A DNA stretch of 64,000 nucleotides, taken from assembly GCA_903871545.1 (NCBI GenBank), contig CAIQHG010000018.1:5163-69162 (forward strand), given 5' to 3'. The stretch is from an uncultured Burkholderiales bacterium. Its GTDB lineage: Bacteria > Pseudomonadota > Gammaproteobacteria > Burkholderiales > Burkholderiaceae_C. A program made the position numbers and the translations under genes. The notes below the pieces were generated by a model, which saw only the letters and a program-made list of their open reading frames with translations, did not search any database and was not told the origin of the DNA. Positions 61,630 through 64,000 of the stretch are shown here, piece after piece (position 1 is the first letter of the stretch; each line of letters starts with the position of its first letter).

Positions 61630-64000
61630 ATGTTTGCCCACCTACGCTTGCACTCTGAGTATTCAATTATTGATGGGTCGATTCGAATTGACCAGTTGGT
61701 AAAAGTTGCTCATCAGGATCAACAGCCTGCAATTGCCATAACTGACTTGAATAATATTTTTGGAGCAATTAAGTTTTATAAAGAATGCAGAAGCTCAGGC
61801 ATAAAGCCCCTGATTGGAGCAGATATTCATGTCCAACACGATCCTCTAAGGCAGGACCTGAGTACCCGGTTATTGATACTTGTGCAAAATCACCGTGGCT
61901 ATTTAAATTTGTGTCAATTGCTAACCAAGGGTTGGACTGAGAATGTACATAGAACACAAAGTTTAATCAAACTTGACTGGCTTAAAGAGCGCTCAGATGG
62001 ATTAATCGCCTTATCTGGGGCGCATACTGGGGCCTTAGGTCAGGCCCTGTTAAACCAAGACAGCTCAAAAGCCAGTGAAATTGCCTTGGACTTGGCTGGT
62101 ATTTTTCCGCACCGTTTTTATATAGAAATTCAAAGGGCTGGCAGAGCTGAGGATGAAAAGCTCGTCAATTCAAGTGTGAATTTAGCCTCTAAGCTGAATT
62201 TACCAGTTGTAGCGACCCATCCGATCCAATTTTTGAATGAATCCGACTATGAGGCGCACGAGGCGAGGGTATGCATAGCGGACGGCGAAATTCTTGGTAA
62301 TTCAAGACGGGTAAGAAAATTCAACAAGGATCAATACTTTAAATCAAGCTCTGAGATGCAGGCTTTGTTTGCGGATATCCCCTCGGCCATTACAAATAGC
62401 TTGGAAATCGCAAAGCGTTGCAGCCTCTCACTGTCACTTGGCAAACCTCAGCTCCCCAACTATCCAACCCCCCTGATTGATAACAAACCGATGGAGATAG
62501 AGGATTTTTTCAGGCAAGAATCTCACGCAGGACTTCGGGATCGAATGGAGCATCTTTACCCAGTCCAAAGCGTACGGGAATCTAAGCTCGATCAATATGT
62601 TGAACGACTAGATTTTGAAATAAATACCATCCTCAAAATGGGATTTCCAGGCTATTTTTTGATTGTCAGTGACTTTATCAATTGGGCAAAGAAAAACGGC
62701 TGCCCAGTTGGCCCAGGCAGAGGCTCGGGCGCTGGCTCGCTTGTCGCTTATGCTTTAAAAATCACGGACCTCGATCCCCTTCAGTACAACTTGCTGTTTG
62801 AGAGGTTTCTCAACCCAGAGCGCGTTTCGATGCCTGATTTTGATATCGATTTTTGCCAAGCAAACAGAGATAGGGTGATTGAGTATGTAAAGCAAAAATA
62901 TGGGCGAAATGCGGTCTCTCAAATCGTCACTTTTGGTACCATGGCTGCTCGGGCTGCTATTCGAGACGTGGGGCGCGTGCTTGATTTAAATTATTCTTTT
63001 TGCGATGGAATTGCCAAACTCATACCCAATAAACCAGGCGTTCACATGACGCTTGAAAAGGCGTTGGAAGCAGAGCCCTTACTCTCAGACCGAGTTGCCA
63101 AAGAGGAGGAGACGAGGATACTTTTTTCTCTTGCCCAAAATTTAGAGGGTCTGACACGAAACATAGGCATGCACGCAGGAGGCGTATTAATTGCCCCGGG
63201 CCAGTTGACGGATTTTTGTCCTCTCTACCAACAACCCGGAAGCGATTCAGCGGTTAGCCAATTTGACAAAGACGATGTCGAAGCTGCGGGACTGGTAAAG
63301 TTTGACTTTCTTGGCCTCGCCACGCTCACCATCTTAGAGCGCGCCAAAGAAATGATCCGCTCCAGACACCCGGGACAAGAAGGCTTCGCTTTTGAAGACA
63401 TTGCACTGGACGATGCGCAGACCTACCAACTCTTTACTGAGGGTAAAACAGAGGCCGTATTTCAGTTTGAAAGCAGAGGTATGCAAGGTATGCTCAGGGA
63501 TGCTAAGCCTACTCGCTTGGAGGATCTGATTGCGCTTAACGCTCTGTACAGGCCCGGACCTATGGATTTAATTCCTAGTTTTGTAGCAAGAAAACACGGC
63601 AGAGAAGAGGTTGTGTACCCCCACCCATTGGTTGAAAAAGTTCTCTCAGAAACATACGGAATCATGGTCTATCAAGAGCAGGTGATGCAAACAGCTCAGG
63701 TCTTAGGTGGGTATACCTTAGGCGGTGCGGATTTGCTCAGACGAGCCATGGGAAAGAAAAAAGTAGAGGAAATGGCTTTGCACCGTCAAATCTTCAGGGA
63801 CGGGGCTGTCAAAAACAGTATCAGCGTTGAAGCTGCTGATGAGATTTTTGATTTGATGGAGAGATTTGCCGGGTACGGGTTTAATAAATCGCACGCTGCA
63901 GCCTACTCACTCTTGGCTTATCACACTGCGTGGGTGAAGGTGCATTTTACCGCCGAGTTTTTTTGCGCAAACATGACCATTGAGATGGACAACACGGACA
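61630..64000 (+). CDS. dnaE: DNA polymerase III alpha subunit (runs off the window end)
   Basis: Not in the ORF track; translated by hand. MFAHLRLHSEYSIIDG, GPGRGSGAGSL, ERVSMPDFDIDF and AGYGFNKSHAAAY are all in the same frame. Confidence 0.98.
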   Translation, partial: MFAHLRLHSEYSIIDGSIRIDQLVKVAHQDQQPAIAITDLNNIFGAIKFYKECRSSGIKPLIGADIHVQHDPLRQDLSTRLLILVQNHRGYLNLCQLLTKGWTENVHRTQSLIKLDWLKERSDGLIALSGAHTGALGQALLNQDSSKASEIALDLAGIFPHRFYIEIQRAGRAEDEKLVNSSVNLASKLNLPVVATHPIQFLNESDYEAHEARVCIADGEILGNSRRVRKFNKDQYFKSSSEMQALFADIPSAITNSLEIAKRCSLSLSLGKPQLPNYPTPLIDNKPMEIEDFFRQESHAGLRDRMEHLYPVQSVRESKLDQYVERLDFEINTILKMGFPGYFLIVSDFINWAKKNGCPVGPGRGSGAGSLVAYALKITDLDPLQYNLLFERFLNPERVSMPDFDIDFCQANRDRVIEYVKQKYGRNAVSQIVTFGTMAARAAIRDVGRVLDLNYSFCDGIAKLIPNKPGVHMTLEKALEAEPLLSDRVAKEEETRILFSLAQNLEGLTRNIGMHAGGVLIAPGQLTDFCPLYQQPGSDSAVSQFDKDDVEAAGLVKFDFLGLATLTILERAKEMIRSRHPGQEGFAFEDIALDDAQTYQLFTEGKTEAVFQFESRGMQGMLRDAKPTRLEDLIALNALYRPGPMDLIPSFVARKHGREEVVYPHPLVEKVLSETYGIMVYQEQVMQTAQVLGGYTLGGADLLRRAMGKKKVEEMALHRQIFRDGAVKNSISVEAADEIFDLMERFAGYGFNKSHAAAYSLLAYHTAWVKVHFTAEFFCANMTIEMDNTD

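Noticed and set aside
5401-61957. Many short ORF-track entries antisense or out of frame to long genes (e.g. 5401, 5556, 6996, 8979, 11139, 13398, 13734, 32113, 36370, 44480, 47068, 58874, 61769)
   Set aside because: They are shadows of well-supported genes, with no recognisable motifs or SD sites.
61630-64000. Intein or frameshift in dnaE, since it is absent from the ORF track
   Set aside because: Sampled motifs from start to window end are all in frame at expected spacing; it is missing only because the stop lies outside the window.
1-64000. CRISPR arrays, tRNA/rRNA genes, integrases, IS elements
   Set aside because: I saw no regularly spaced direct repeats, cloverleaf/T-loop signatures, tyrosine/serine recombinase motifs or DDE transposase motifs in any ORF or intergenic region.

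Overview
Chromosomal window from a betaproteobacterium. Gene order and protein sequences are Comamonadaceae-like, but GC is low for that family (roughly mid-40s % by spot counts). The right half (28.5-64 kb) is mostly core: carA-carB-greA-DUF4149, yhbY, rlmE-ftsH-folP-glmM, ppk1-sixA, ppx, pstSCAB-phoU-phoBR (divergent Pho boxes visible), MATE, a GT-C-like membrane protein, rpmE2, rho, trxA, a FrnE/DsbA protein and a truncated dnaE. The left half (1-28 kb) is accessory: a second divergent PstS, an orphan MOBC relaxase plus coupling-protein pair, a tripartite RND pump with a sterol-desaturase-family gene, and an AT-rich island of five TPR-fused enzymes (three GT41/OGT-like, one GT9/FlmG-like, one ATP-grasp) with a formyltransferase, an EamA exporter and a Rieske oxygenase. 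A small accessory block between glmM and ppk1 encodes an uncharacterised 4-TM coiled-coil protein, a membrane-anchored vWA-like protein and a ParB-like enzyme. Best candidates for undescribed biology: the TPR-enzyme protein-modification island, the TM-coiled-coil/vWA module and a structured carA leader. I found no tRNA, rRNA, CRISPR array, integrase or transposase. All family assignments come from motif recognition by eye; no database searches were run.
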